From NCBI RefSeq assembly GCF_006345805.1, contig NC_043009.1, forward strand, positions 23,374,001-23,438,000: DNA of 64,000 bases. The letters are read 5' to 3'. This document shows positions 13,892-25,597 of the stretch, one piece after another; the stretch's first letter is position 1; every line of letters starts with the position of its first letter. This DNA comes from Octopus sinensis. Its lineage: Eukaryota. Position numbers and translations under genes: made by a program. Below the pieces are notes generated by a model, which was not told the origin of the DNA, did not search any database, and saw nothing but the letters and a program-made list of their open reading frames with translations.

Positions 13892-13997
13892 GTTCCTTAT
13901 ACGATGCACCGTTTCATCTATTGTTTAATGGTAAACTAACCTGATTAAATTAAATCAAGCTAGTCTTCCATAGGCCGATAGATTCGTCAGTAAGAAC
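13892..13997 (-). ncRNA. Type I hammerhead ribozyme, array copy 1
   Basis: Reverse complement of the fold at 15069-15174. Confidence 0.85.
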
Positions 13998-14374
13998 AGC
14001 CAGATCGGAGCAGATATTTGCACGAGGCACTTCTATCCTTGTCTCGGCAATATCTGACCTAAAATTTTCAAATCATCGCACTCGCGCCAAATTTATCGGC
14101 AGCAAATATAAGCCGCCGATTCCATTACGGAATTAACCAGAAAATTCATAATTAATCAATATAGGGTGGCAAAAAATTTCGTAGAATTTTTTTGCCACCA
14201 GCGGCCTTGTGGGAAAAAATTAAATAGTCATAGACCATTTATAAATTCAACATCAAAATCAAGGAACGGCCATAATAGGCCATTCACCCACTAGAAATAA
14301 CAGCCAAAGCTTCAACCGCAAAACAACATTAATTCCGCAAACCAGGAGAAAATTAAAAAAACATTTACCCTGTA

Positions 14375-14480
14375 GTTCCTTATACGATGCACCGTTTCAT
14401 CTATTGTTTAATGGTAAACTAACCTGATTAAATTAAATCAAGCTAGTCTTCCATAGGCCGATAGATTCGTCAGTAAGAAC
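14375..14480 (-). ncRNA. Type I hammerhead ribozyme, array copy 2
   Basis: Same sequence, +483 bp. Confidence 0.85.
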
Positions 14481-15068
14481 AGCCAGATCGGAGCAGATAT
14501 TTGCACGAGGCACTTCTATCCTTGTCTCGGCAATATCTGACCTAAAATTTTCAAATCATCGCACTCGCGCCAAATTTATCGGCAGCAAATATAAGCCGCC
14601 GATTCCATTACGGAATTAACCAGAAAATTCATAATTAATCAATATAGGGTGGCAAAAAATTTCGTAGAATTTTTTTGCCACCAGCGGCCTAGTGGGAAAA
14701 AATTAAATAGTCATAGACCATTTATAAATTCAACATCAAAATCAAGGAACGGCCATAATAGGCCATTCACCCACTAGAAATAACAGTCAAAGCTTCAACC
14801 GCAAAACAACATTAATTCCGCAAACCAGCGGCCTAGTGGGAAAAAATTTTTTCCCACTAGGCCGCTGGTGGCAAAAAAATTCTACGAAATTTTTTGCCAC
14901 CCTATATTGATGAATTATGAATTTTCTGGTTAATTCCGTAATGGAATCGGCGGCTTATATTTGCTGCCGATAAATTTGGCGCGAGTGCGATGATTTGAAA
15001 ATTTTAGGTCAGATATTGCCGAGACAAGGATAGAAGTGCCTCGTGCAAATATCTGCTCCGATCTGGCT

Positions 15069-15174
15069 GTTCTTACTGACGAATCTATCGGCCTATGGAA
15101 GACTAGCTTGATTTAATTTAATCAGGTTAGTTTACCATTAAACAATAGATGAAACGGTGCATCGTATAAGGAAC
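15069..15174 (+). ncRNA. Type I hammerhead ribozyme, array copy 3
   Basis: Stem I GTTCTTA/TAAGGAAC; core CTGACGA 15076-15082; stem II ATCTAT..ATAGAT with a 56-nt self-pairing insert; GAAA 15151-15154; stem III ACGGT gc ATCGT; cleavage triplet GUA 15164-15166. Confidence 0.88.
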
Positions 15175-15551
15175 TACAGGGTAAATGTTTTTTTAATTTT
15201 CTCCTGGTTTGCGGAATTAATGTTGTTTTGCGGTTGAAGCTTTGGCTGTTATTTCTAGTGGGTGAATGGCCTATTATGGCCGTTCCTTGATTTTGATGTT
15301 GAATTTATAAATGGTCTATGACTATTTAATTTTTTCCCACTAGGCCGCTGGTGGCAAAAAAATTCTACGAAATTTTTTGCCACCCTATATTGATTAATTA
15401 TGAATTTTCTGGTTAATTCCGTAATGGAATCGGCGGCTTATATTTGCTGCCGATAAATTTGGCGCGAGTGCGATGATTTGAAAATTTTAGGTCAGATATT
15501 GCCGAAACAAGGATAGAAGTGCCTCGTGCAAATATCTGCTCCGATCTGGCT

Positions 15552-15657
15552 GTTCTTACTGACGAATCTATCGGCCTATGGAAGACTAGCTTGATTTAAT
15601 TTAATCAGGTTAGTTTACCATTAAACAATAGATGAAACGGTGCATCGTATAAGGAAC
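15552..15657 (+). ncRNA. Type I hammerhead ribozyme, array copy 4
   Basis: Same fold; GUA at 15647-15649. Confidence 0.88.
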
Positions 15658-16034
15658 TACAGGGTAAATGTTTTTTTAATTTTCTCCTGGTTTGCGGAAT
15701 TAATGTTGTTTTGCGGTTGAAGCTTTGGCTGTTATTTCTAGTGGGTGAATGGCCTATTATGGCCGTTCCTTGATTTTGATGTTGAATTTATAAATGGTCT
15801 ATGACTATTTAATTTTTTCCCACTAGGCCGCTGGTGGCAAAAAAATTCTACGAAATTTTTTGCCACCCTATATTGATTAATTATGAATTTTCTGGTTAAT
15901 TCCGTAATGGAATCGGCGGCTTATATTTGCTGCCGATAAATTTGGCGCGAGTGCGATGATTTGAAAATTTTAGGTCAGATATTGCCGAGACAAGGATAGA
16001 AGTGCCTCGTGCAAATATCTGCTCCGATCTGGCT

Positions 16035-16140
16035 GTTCTTACTGACGAATCTATCGGCCTATGGAAGACTAGCTTGATTTAATTTAATCAGGTTAGTTTA
16101 CCATTAAACAATAGATGAAACGGTGCATCGTATAATGAAC
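16035..16140 (+). ncRNA. Type I hammerhead ribozyme, array copy 5
   Basis: Same fold; the single substitution (TAATGAAC) falls at the stem I bulge and preserves pairing. Confidence 0.85.
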
Positions 16141-16517
16141 TACAGGGTAAATGTTTTTTTAATTTTCTCCTGGTTTGCGGAATTAATGTTGTTTTGCGGT
16201 TGAAGCTTTGGCTGTTATTTCTAGTGGGTGAATGGCCTATTGTGGCCGTTCCTTGATTTTGATGTTGAATTTATAAATGGTCTATGACTATTTAATTTTT
16301 TCCCACTAGGCCGCTGGTGACAAAAAAATTCTACGAAATTTTTTGCCACCCTATATTGATTAATTATGAATTTTCTGGTTAATTCCGTAATGGAATCGGC
16401 GGCTTATATTTGCTGCCGATAAATTTGGCGCGAGTGCGATGATTTGAAAATTTTAGGTCAGATATTGCCGAGACAAGGATAGAAGTGCCTCGTGCAAATA
16501 TCTGCTCCGATCTGGCT

Positions 16518-16623
16518 GTTCTTACTGACGAATCTATCGGCCTATGGAAGACTAGCTTGATTTAATTTAATCAGGTTAGTTTACCATTAAACAATAGATG
16601 AAACGGTGCATCGTATAAGGAAC
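16518..16623 (+). ncRNA. Type I hammerhead ribozyme, array copy 6
   Basis: Same fold; GUA at 16613-16615. Confidence 0.88.
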
Positions 16624-16758
16624 TACAGGGTAAATGTTTTTTAATTTTTCTCCTGGTTTGCGGAATTAATGTTGTTCTGCGGTTGAAGCTTTGGCTGTTA
16701 TTTCTAGTGGGTGAATGGCCTATTATGGCCGTTCCTTGATTTTGATGATATATATATG

Positions 16759-16860
<102 letters not shown>

Positions 16861-16953
16861 TATATATAAATATCCTTAAATCCTTAAATCCTTAAAAATA
16901 TTTTAGCCCGAAGGCCGCGGCCATGCTGGGGCACCACCGCTGAATGAGCTACA

Positions 16954-19950
16954 CTAATATGTGAATCCACCTCTGATACGTGGCACTTGATCAATACGGG
17001 AGTTCGATGCCGCTGCCCGCATTTGTGTCTCCTGTCGTGAGGTAGGTTCATCTGGGACCCCCGACAAGAAGAGATCCAGTTTAGTTTTAAAGAAACCCAC
17101 ATCCACACCATGTAAGTCTCTCAGGCATTTAGGGAGGATGTTAAAGAGCTGTGGTCCTCTGAAACCCAAGCTGTTGCTGTATCTGGACCTGTATTTTGAT
17201 GGTGATGTTGGAATCTTTGGCACCATGCAGTGGCGCCCCGTTCTGCGGTTGAGGTAACTTTGAATGCCAAAGTTTGGGATAGGATTTTCCAGATGTATAT
17301 CACCGCATATCTCTCCCGCCTTCGCTCTAGGGAGAAGAGGTTTAATACTTTCAGTCTTTCCCAGTAGCTGATAATTTGCATTGAGACGATCTTCTTTGTG
17401 TAGCTTCTTTGAATTGCTTCGAGTTCTGCTGTTAGTTTTATATTGTGTGGTGACCATAGTTGGGAGCAGTAGTCCAAGCGGCTGAGGACGAATGTTTTCC
17501 AGAGGACCATCAGTGTCTCCTTCTCTCTTGTTCTGAAAGTTCGGAGAATCCATCCAGCTAGCCGTCTGCATTTTATCACCAGATTAGTAATATGCACTTG
17601 GAAAGATGCATCATTGTTCATGTCAATGCCTAGGTCTCGCACTGATTTTGACTCAGGGATTGCAATTCTTCCTGGGCCAGTGTATCCAGTCTGCATGTCG
17701 TTTACCTTTGTGTGCCGGTAGCGCAGGGCCTGGAACTTACCTGCATTAAACTGCATGTTGTTGTCCTCAGCCCACCTGTATATTGTATCCAACTCCTGTT
17801 GCAGATGCGCAATATTTTCAGGGTTTTGTATTGTGTGGGAGACTTTTGTGTCATCTGCATAGCTAGCAAGGGTGGCCATCGTAGCAACTGAGGGCATGTC
17901 TGAAAAGGCCACTATGAACAGCAGTGGCCCCAAGACAGTGCCTTGTGGAACACCGCTTGTTATTCGTGTTTCCTTGGAGGTGGCTCCATTGCTCACAACT
18001 GCCTGTCTTCTGTCTTTTAGGAAGTTGTGCAGCCACTCTCCAAGTTTTCCGCCTATGCCGAGACCACGCAGTTTGTGACAGATCATACCGTGGTCGACTT
18101 TATCAAAAGCTTTTGCAAAGTAGAGATATATTACATCCACATTTGAGCCATTTAGTAGCTGTTTTAACACCCAGTCATAGTGTTGCAGGAGCTGTGTTAG
18201 GCAGCTTCTACCTGGTCGAAATCCATGCTGGGTGTCAGACAGCAAGTCATTTTCTTCAAGGAACATGATTAGTTTCTTGCGGACTATTCGTTCCATGACT
18301 TTACTGATGTGTGAGGTCAGAGAGATAGGCCTATAATTTTTAGCATCTGCTCTGCTACCTCCCTTATGGATAGGGCATATTACCCCCTCTTTCAATTTGA
18401 CTGGGAGCTTACCACTTGCAAGAATGCTCTGAAAAAGAAGCTGTAGCGATTTTGCAAGGGCTCGTTTGCACGATTTGAGAAGGATCGCTGGAAATTCATC
18501 AGATCCAGCAGATGAGTTTGTATCAATCTCATCTATGGCTAGTGTGATATCATCATCTTCAATGTTGATGTACTCAATTTTTGCCTCTTTGGCCGCAGGT
18601 AAAGTGGCAAAGAATTCTTCTGGGTTGTTTACTTGCCTGTGTCCTATAGGTGTAGTGAACACACTTTGGAATTGTTCGTTCAGTATTTCACTTATCATCG
18701 TGGGATTTCCTGTGAGAGAGCCATCTTTTTGGAAGAGAGGTCCTATTCTCAGGTGCACTGTGGCTGTCTCTTTGGCAAACTTAAAGAAAGCTTTAGGGTT
18801 TGATTTTATATTTTCTATTACCCAAGCTTCTTTATCTGCTCTCTCCTTTTCATGGGACTGATGCAGACTTTTCTCAATTTCCATTAGCATTCTCTCGAGC
18901 CGAGACTTCTCACCACTTTTGGTGTGCTTGCTCAGGCGGTTCGCAATCCTTGTCCGTCGTCTCATAAGAATCTTCCTTTCTCTAGGGATCCTGTTTTTGT
19001 TTTTGTGTGTGCTGGCCCTGCACACTGGGACATATTTGTCACATATGGCTTGTATTATGGACATGAAGTGTTTGTGTTTCATGTTAATGTCCGGTGTGGA
19101 GAGACATTTAGGCCAATCCTGTATGAGGATCTCTTTCTCAATCAATTTCCAGTTTGCTTTATGAAAGTTTAAGTTGGAGAGATGATGGATGCTTCGTATA
19201 GGCTGTGTGTCTACGGGGGCTTTTGGTCCATACATAGACAGCTCTATTATGTTGTGATCCGAGATCATTGTCGGCATCACTTTAACATTATGGATAATAT
19301 CCATATTGTTTGTGAAGCAGAGATCCAGTATATTATCTGCCCTTGTTGGTTGTAGAACTATTTGCTCCATGAAAGAGGTATTTGTGAGATGGAGCAGGGA
19401 CTCTGCCTGTGCCTGCTGATGGTGTGTCATCCCTGAGAGCATCTGCCTCCCAGGCCATTCCACATTGGGGAAGTTAAAGTCACTCATGAAGAATACACTG
19501 TTATGTTGTTCAAGGTTGGTGAGGACTTCTCCTATTTTTGTTAAGCAGTCTTCAAACATGCCTGAGTGATTTGGGGCATCTAGTGGGCGATATGTAGTGC
19601 ATATGACGATATTCAGTTGTCTTATGTGTACAATTTGAGTGTCACACACTGAGTTTGAATATGACAACAGGACCTGGGGCGTGAGGTCATCTCGGATGTA
19701 CATTGCAACTCCACCATGGCTCCTCCCTTTTCTATCTGAGCGTATGACTGCATATTGCGGCATGTGTATTTCTGCATCCCCTATACCGGGTCCAAGATAC
19801 GTTTCTGTGAGTGCCATGCATATAGCTTGATTGCATGTCACAAGGTCTCTCAGGAATGAGATTTTCCTTTTACAGTTGCCGCGCAGCAGCCCTCCTACGT
19901 TCAGTAGAAATATTTTTGTGGTGTGTGTGTTGGTGTCTGTGGTGGCCATC
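16954..19950 (-). pseudogene. CR1 ORF2 (APE + RT), inactivated
   Basis: LNVGGL, TETYL, SDFNFP, SDHN, YRPISLTS, QHGFRPGRSC, YLYFAKAFDKV (normally YLDF), GVPQGTVLGP, YADDTK. Frameshift near 17280 to the C-terminal frame ..RGPQLFNILP..VPDEP..SNSRIDQ. Confidence 0.9.
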
Positions 19951-20505
19951 CTGCATCTGTTGGAGGTGACCTTATGTGGTGGTAGTTCCAGCTTTGTGCT
20001 TGTAGCCAGGTCAGTTGCTGAACAATTTTTTGTGCCATGCACAAAAAAGATTGCTGTTCAGCTGCTGCCCTTCTCACATCTGGGTGAAGCTGGCCATTTG
20101 TTGGGTTACCGCGCACTACATCCGCATATCGTCTTTCAGGAGTGGTCAGTGCGCTATTTTTCCTTCTTTTATATTTTCTTTTTCCTTATCTTTTTGTTCT
20201 CCCCGAGGGAGGGATTTTTGTCCCGTGTCCGTGCGGTTTTGGTAGGGCTTCTGATGTGCAAAGCGACAGTTTGCACCTTCGACGCCGTGCCAGCAGTCCC
20301 CCTTCAGGTAGAATTTGCAGATGTTTCTGCCTTTGCCCTTATAGTTCTTGCTGGGGTTCTTTTGTTTTTTCTGAACAGTGTTTGTTTTGGTTCTAATTTT
20401 CTTGTGTTTTACCTTGTTTCCCATCAATTTTAGGGTGCTTTTCTTTTTTTGCGGCCATCGCACCTCTTTGGTCTTCAGTTGTGTTGGGAGCTGGACATGT
20501 GGCAT
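19901..20505 (-). pseudogene. CR1 ORF1 remnant with CCCH zinc finger
   Basis: Lys-rich N-terminus, CKFYLKGDCWHGVEGANCRFAH, then a second frame RYADVV..YFY* overlapping the ORF2 start. Confidence 0.65.
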
Positions 20506-20524
20506 TGTTTCCCTTTGTTCTAGG

Positions 20525-20560
<36 letters not shown>

Positions 20561-20741
20561 CATTATTGGTGAATTGAAGAAATGGAGCTGAACGCAGATT
20601 GAACAGAAATCGTTTTATTTCATTCTACACTGCTGTGATTTTTGCTACTAAGGTATCGGTTAAACTTTTGATTAATCTACTACAAGATTATTCATCTTTC
20701 TATTTCACATAATATATATATATATATATATATACACATAC

Positions 20742-20773
<32 letters not shown>

Positions 20774-20783
20774 GCCTAATATA

Positions 20784-20841
<58 letters not shown>

Positions 20842-20873
20842 TATATATATATATACATATATATATATACATA

Positions 20874-20974
<101 letters not shown>

Positions 20975-20999
20975 ATATATATACATACACACACACACG

Positions 21000-21051
<52 letters not shown>

Positions 21052-21058
<7 letters not shown>

Positions 21059-21836
21059 ATTAGGGCTTAGTAAAATAAATTACTTTGCCACATACTGAAC
21101 TTAGTAGAAATAGCAGCCAAAAAAAAAAAAAATTTTCCTAGCATTTCTACTACTTAAAGAAAATTCCTCTCAGATAATGTTTACTCCAGACAGCCCACGA
21201 AGGTTTGGAGGTAAATACAGAAAAATATCACAAGTACATAGATCGTTTGAGTACGTCAACGTTTCAAGATTAGCCAAATAAAATCAGCATTTCTATCGTC
21301 GCCTCGGTTCTCGCGGTTAAAATATAATGTTTGCTAGATAGACCACGTGGGTGGAAGGGGATTGAAGAAATTTACGCCTGCGCATTTTGAATTTGTTGAC
21401 ACTGTTAGTTGGAGTGGTTCATCTGAAGCGATAAGTTCGCTGATAGGTAAAGTTCCTTCTTTTTAGTGTTTCCAAATCCAAATTAAGGAATTTTGAGCTG
21501 ACGATAGAAATGCTGATTTTATTTGGCTAATCTTGAAACGTTGACGTATTCAAACGATCTATGTACTTGTGATATTTTTCTGTATTTACCTCCAAACCTT
21601 CGTGGGCTGTCTGGAGTAAACATTATCTGAGAGGAATTTTCTTTAAGTAGTAGAAATGCTAAGAAAATTTTTTTTTTTTTGGCTGCTATTTCTACTAAGT
21701 TCAGTATGTGGCAAAGTAATTTATTTTACTAAGCCCTAATTATATAATGTAAAATTTTGAATTCGCCTTAAATGGTCCTTTTACATACTGAACACTTGGT
21801 GAAATTGATTAATTAATTAATTTTACCCTCAATTGT

Positions 21837-21838
<2 letters not shown>
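21052..21838. mobile_element. Fold-back, hammerhead-bearing non-autonomous element in (TA)n
   Basis: 21052-21300 is the reverse complement of 21500-21749; the right arm extends ~90 bp further to (TA)n. Confidence 0.88.
21492..21554 (+). ncRNA. Type I hammerhead ribozyme
   Basis: Stem I TTTGAG/TTCAAA (CTCAAA in the mirror arm); CTGACGA 21498-21504; imperfect 30-nt stem II; GAAA 21535-21538; stem III ACGT tg ACGT; GUA 21546-21548. Confidence 0.75.
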
Positions 21839-21878
<40 letters not shown>

Positions 21879-21985
21879 GGCTAAATAGCAGTATCATTCT
21901 TCCCTTTCCTGGGACTGCCATATTAAGTTGGCAACAAACCATCACTTTATATATATATATATATGTAAAAATATACATATACATA

Positions 21986-22061
<76 letters not shown>

Positions 22062-22089
22062 CACACACACACGTGTGTGTGTGTAAAAA

Positions 22090-23725
22090 TGTCAAGGGTA
22101 GAAAATGCTAAAATATTTTTATAAAATACATTTCAATACCGTTTTCAGTCATTGAAAATTTTTTCAACTGTAAGTATAGAAAACGATTAAATTTTGGAAA
22201 AGTTTTTTTAAAAGAATATATGCCTAGTATTCAAATACAAGTGGCATCTTCCTTGTTTCTGCCTGCCTCTGTCTCTCTTGTTTACTCTTGTGGATTCGAG
22301 GTTGTTGTGAATTCTTGGCAGAGAAGAAGAAGAAGAAGAAGAAGAAGAAGAAGAAGAAGAAGAAGAAGAATGCGGGAGAGCCATGATAGTAGTAGGATGT
22401 TAAATGGTCAAGTGCCTTGAAAGTGGCTTGTTGTGGGTGGTGGTAGTGATTGAATTCTTGAGACATCTTTTTTGAATGTATTGTTTATAATATTTGCGTA
22501 GGTGTTATTCTAAACAGCAATAGTAGTAAAATAAGAAAGAGGAGGCGGAGAAGAAGAAGGGGAAAGATAAGAGATAATAATAATAAAGGATGTAGGTGGT
22601 ATGATAGTAGTAGGATGTTAAATGGTCAAGTGACCTAAAAGTGACTCGTTGTGGATTATAGTAATGATTGGGACTGTTTTTTAATGAATTCTTGTGTATC
22701 TCTTGAATGTATCATTTTTAATATTTGCGTGTGTGTTTGTGTTATTCTAAGGCCGTGGTGGATATGTTGTTTGTTGTAGAAGCGTTCAAAAGGGGTCTGT
22801 ATTTTGTAACAAAGATAGTCTCTTTACTAATTCGTTGACAGGTTGTATCGTTCCTGAATTGGTAGAGGGAAAAAATTGTGAAGCTTGGATTTTTGTTATT
22901 GGCGCAAATGTCGATGTGTTGGCTGAATGCTATTTTTCTGTTTTTTTTTATCTGGGATCTGTGCAGAACCATCCTTTGACGTAGTGTTTTTTGTTTGGCC
23001 TATGTATTGCTCTTGATTCACAGAGCAGGTTAGTGCGTATATCAAGTTTTCCGAAGCACATGTGCTTCCCTGTTTGAAGGAGAACTCTGATCCCTCAATT
23101 AAATTGACGCATATCCTACAGTTGGGTCATCCGCATCTTTTTACTGACGGCTTCTGTGCTGTTGCTGATTGTATTCGGGCTTGTGTTAGGAAACTTTTCA
23201 TAGATTTGGGTTGTCTCTTGCTTTTTATGATAGTGTGTTTGGAGAATTAAGTTCATTCTGTGGTCCTTTTTTAGCAGGGGGATGTTTTGAAGGATGGTGT
23301 CGAAGGCTTCATTGTTAAGAGAGTTGTGTGTGGAGATGTATGGCAGGGCTTTTGGTTGTAAATCCTTCTTTAATTTGGGATGTCTAAGTTCGTGGATATT
23401 GAGTTGTAGGGCACGATGAAAGCATATGTCAATTAGTGAAGATGGTGATACACTCATCCTGGTGATGAGTGTATCCTTTAGTTCATGTAGTCATGTGTCC
23501 TTGGTGCTTACATTAGAAACTATAGTACATATCCTTTTTGCTAGGTTGAAGGCGATATTCATTCTGATGTGTCTGGGGTGGAATGAGTTGAACGGTAGAT
23601 ATTGCTTAGAATCCGTGGGCTTATTGTATATATCTGTTTCTATTACGTCGTTAGATTTCTTAATGAGGATGTCGAGGAAAGGAAGTTGTTCATGGCTATA
23701 TTCTACAATCACGGTAACAGAAAAA
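22090..23725 (-). mobile_element. 5'-truncated Penelope-like element (RT thumb + GIY-YIG + 3' UTR), degenerate
   Basis: LPFLDILI..TDIYNKPTDSKQYLPFNSFHP..NIAFNLAKRI, Cys linker CG.PNCRIC, NLIYALTC..QYIGQT, C-terminal KETIFVTKYRPLLN*. The 3' UTR has a ~220-bp tandem duplication and (GAA)n. Confidence 0.85.
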
Positions 23726-23729
23726 TAAA

Positions 23730-24130
23730 TTGAAATCATTATACACAATAAACCCACCCTAAAAAGGCTGTCTTATATAACGATAATTTATAAATCAATA
23801 AAAATCCAACGATCTCTTCAATGTTCACATGGATGTCCAAAACTGCATAAATGGGCAACTTTGGTCTCTGTATACGCTGCACAAAATGGAAACTTGTTTT
23901 CCTGAAATCACGCGTGGTCATTGGTTTACCGAATAATTGTCGAAGTTTATCTCACAAAAACGACCTGGTCTCTCTATACATACTACACAAAACAAAAACC
24001 TGCTTTCGTGAAACCACTGGTGGGTTTTACCGAGATGACGAACTTTTGATCCTCAATAATGTCAAATCAGGCTTTCAGAAAAATTTCATAACTTCTTCAA
24101 AAACTTGGGTTTCCGAAAAATTTTAGCTTA
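23730..24130 (+). pseudogene. RT fragment of a third PLE lineage (YRDD-type, Naiad-like)
   Basis: Across frames: VLYNDNL*INK, DLFNVHM, DLVSLYILHK, GFYRDDELLIL, matching LFDVTMG..ELVGLYIL..GLYRDDGL of Naiad-type PLEs. Confidence 0.6.
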
Positions 24131-24986
24131 TCTCACAAAATCGAACTGAATTTTACTCTCAGACCTTTTCCATTTCCTTTATTACCTTTACCATAAACTT
24201 AATGAAACACTAAATTAGGATTGTGAAAATGTTCACATCTTACCTGGATACTCTTAGTATTTCATTACTTTGGAGTAGATTAAACATTTACCAGTAATAT
24301 AATGATTCACTCAATCGACTATCAGTCGTCATTTTACAAAATTTGGTTTTATGACGTATGAAAAAATTAGCCTATTTTTCTGTTAAGTATTTTAGCAGAC
24401 ATGGCTTTGTGGTTAAAAAGGTTTGCAACCACGTGTGTGGTTTCAGGTTCGATCCAGCTGCGCCTTAGGCTAGTATCTTCTACTATAGCCTCGGGATATG
24501 TATGTATGCGTGTGTTTATGTTTGTCTCCCACACTCATTTAACCGGCGTTAGTCTGTTTCCGTCTCCATAAATTAATGGTTCGGCAACAGAGGTCTATAG
24601 AATGTATACCAGACTTTAAAAACAAAAACATTTTTTTTAAGGTCGGTTGGTTAGACAAAACCTTTCAAGGGGGTGTCCCAGAATGGTCGCTGTCGAATGA
24701 CTGAAACAAGTAAAACATAAAAAAGATAAAAGACGAAGACATTCAATATTGATAAATTGAGAGAGATAGACAAAGAAGATGGTAGCTTTTTAATTTTGAG
24801 TAATTCTTTGGGTTTATTAGTTAGGCATGGGTAAGCATGTACAGTACTGACTTCAGTTGAGCATTTCATGAGAATATAGCAAATACGGGTGATGTATTAT
24901 CATCATCATACATATGTTTCGTTCACATTCGGTTTTCAGTCTTCAGCCTGTATAAGATTTTGGTTCATGAATAATATATATGTGTG

Positions 24987-25054
<68 letters not shown>

Positions 25055-25557
25055 TGTGTGTGTGTAGGGATCTTGAATCAACTGTATACATGTTTAAGAT
25101 AGATGTAGAACAAATAGTTATTTTTAACAGATTTAATCGTTCAACAAACCAACTTGGCTTTCGCTAAATAGCTGATCCGATGTTTCCGAAGACCTACTGA
25201 ATATGCGAAAGCATGATTTCTTTGCTAAACCAATAAATCTGTACGACACACACACACACGGAGAGAGAGTGAGACAGAGGGAGAGAGAGAGTTTTTATTG
25301 GAACTGAAGCTGAGAATTTATCTCGTAACTCGAGTTTCACGCCATTGCGATCTTCATGCGAAACTAAATAGTTATTTTTTCATCGGTTCTATGAGTTATT
25401 TCTGTGATGTAGTGTATTTCTTGCCATTGTAGGTGTATGGAGTAGTTAATTTGCTTATGTTTGTTGGTAGGCGTTTTTGCTTATTTCTTTATTTAATTGT
25501 ATTTATTGTTCTTGTCAGTCACTAGACTGCACACTATCAATATTAAGTTGTAATAGT

Positions 25558-25597
25558 TTTGCCTGAAGATAGCAGAGACGTGAAACTAAGTCGCGAA
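25558..25597 (+). ncRNA. Decayed minimal hammerhead (inverted homologue at 25322-25363)
   Basis: TTTGC-CTGAAGA-(poor stem II)-GAAAC taa GTC|GCGAA; the minus copy has palindromic stem III AACTCGAGTT. Confidence 0.5.

Larger units (their letters stand above)
13637..16747. repeat. Head-to-head tandem array of 483-bp hammerhead-containing monomers (retrozyme-like)
   Basis: Period 483 bp measured at several markers (13761/14244/14727; 14851/15334/15817/16300). About 2.5 units in one orientation and 3.9 in the other; inversion centre 14846/14847; flanked on both sides by (TA)n. Confidence 0.95.
16866..20524 (-). mobile_element. CR1-group LINE, near full length
   Basis: ORF1 remnant with CCCH finger, ORF2 APE+RT, 3' UTR stem-loop and (TTTAAGGA)3 tail; flanked by (TA)n on both sides. 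Confidence 0.92.

Noticed and set aside
13637-16747. CRISPR-like or Helitron tandem array interpretation
   Set aside because: Units are near-identical over all 483 bp with no unique spacers. There are no Helitron termini, and the embedded HHR plus 5'-truncated solo copy fit RNA-mediated spread better.
17872-20433. Plus-strand ORFs of 60-200 aa over the CR1
   Set aside because: Antisense shadows of ORF1/ORF2.
22134-22170. Hammerhead at the 3' end of the second PLE (minus)
   Set aside because: Needs 4-5 substitutions to restore the core and stems; position is suggestive but it is not supportable from this copy.
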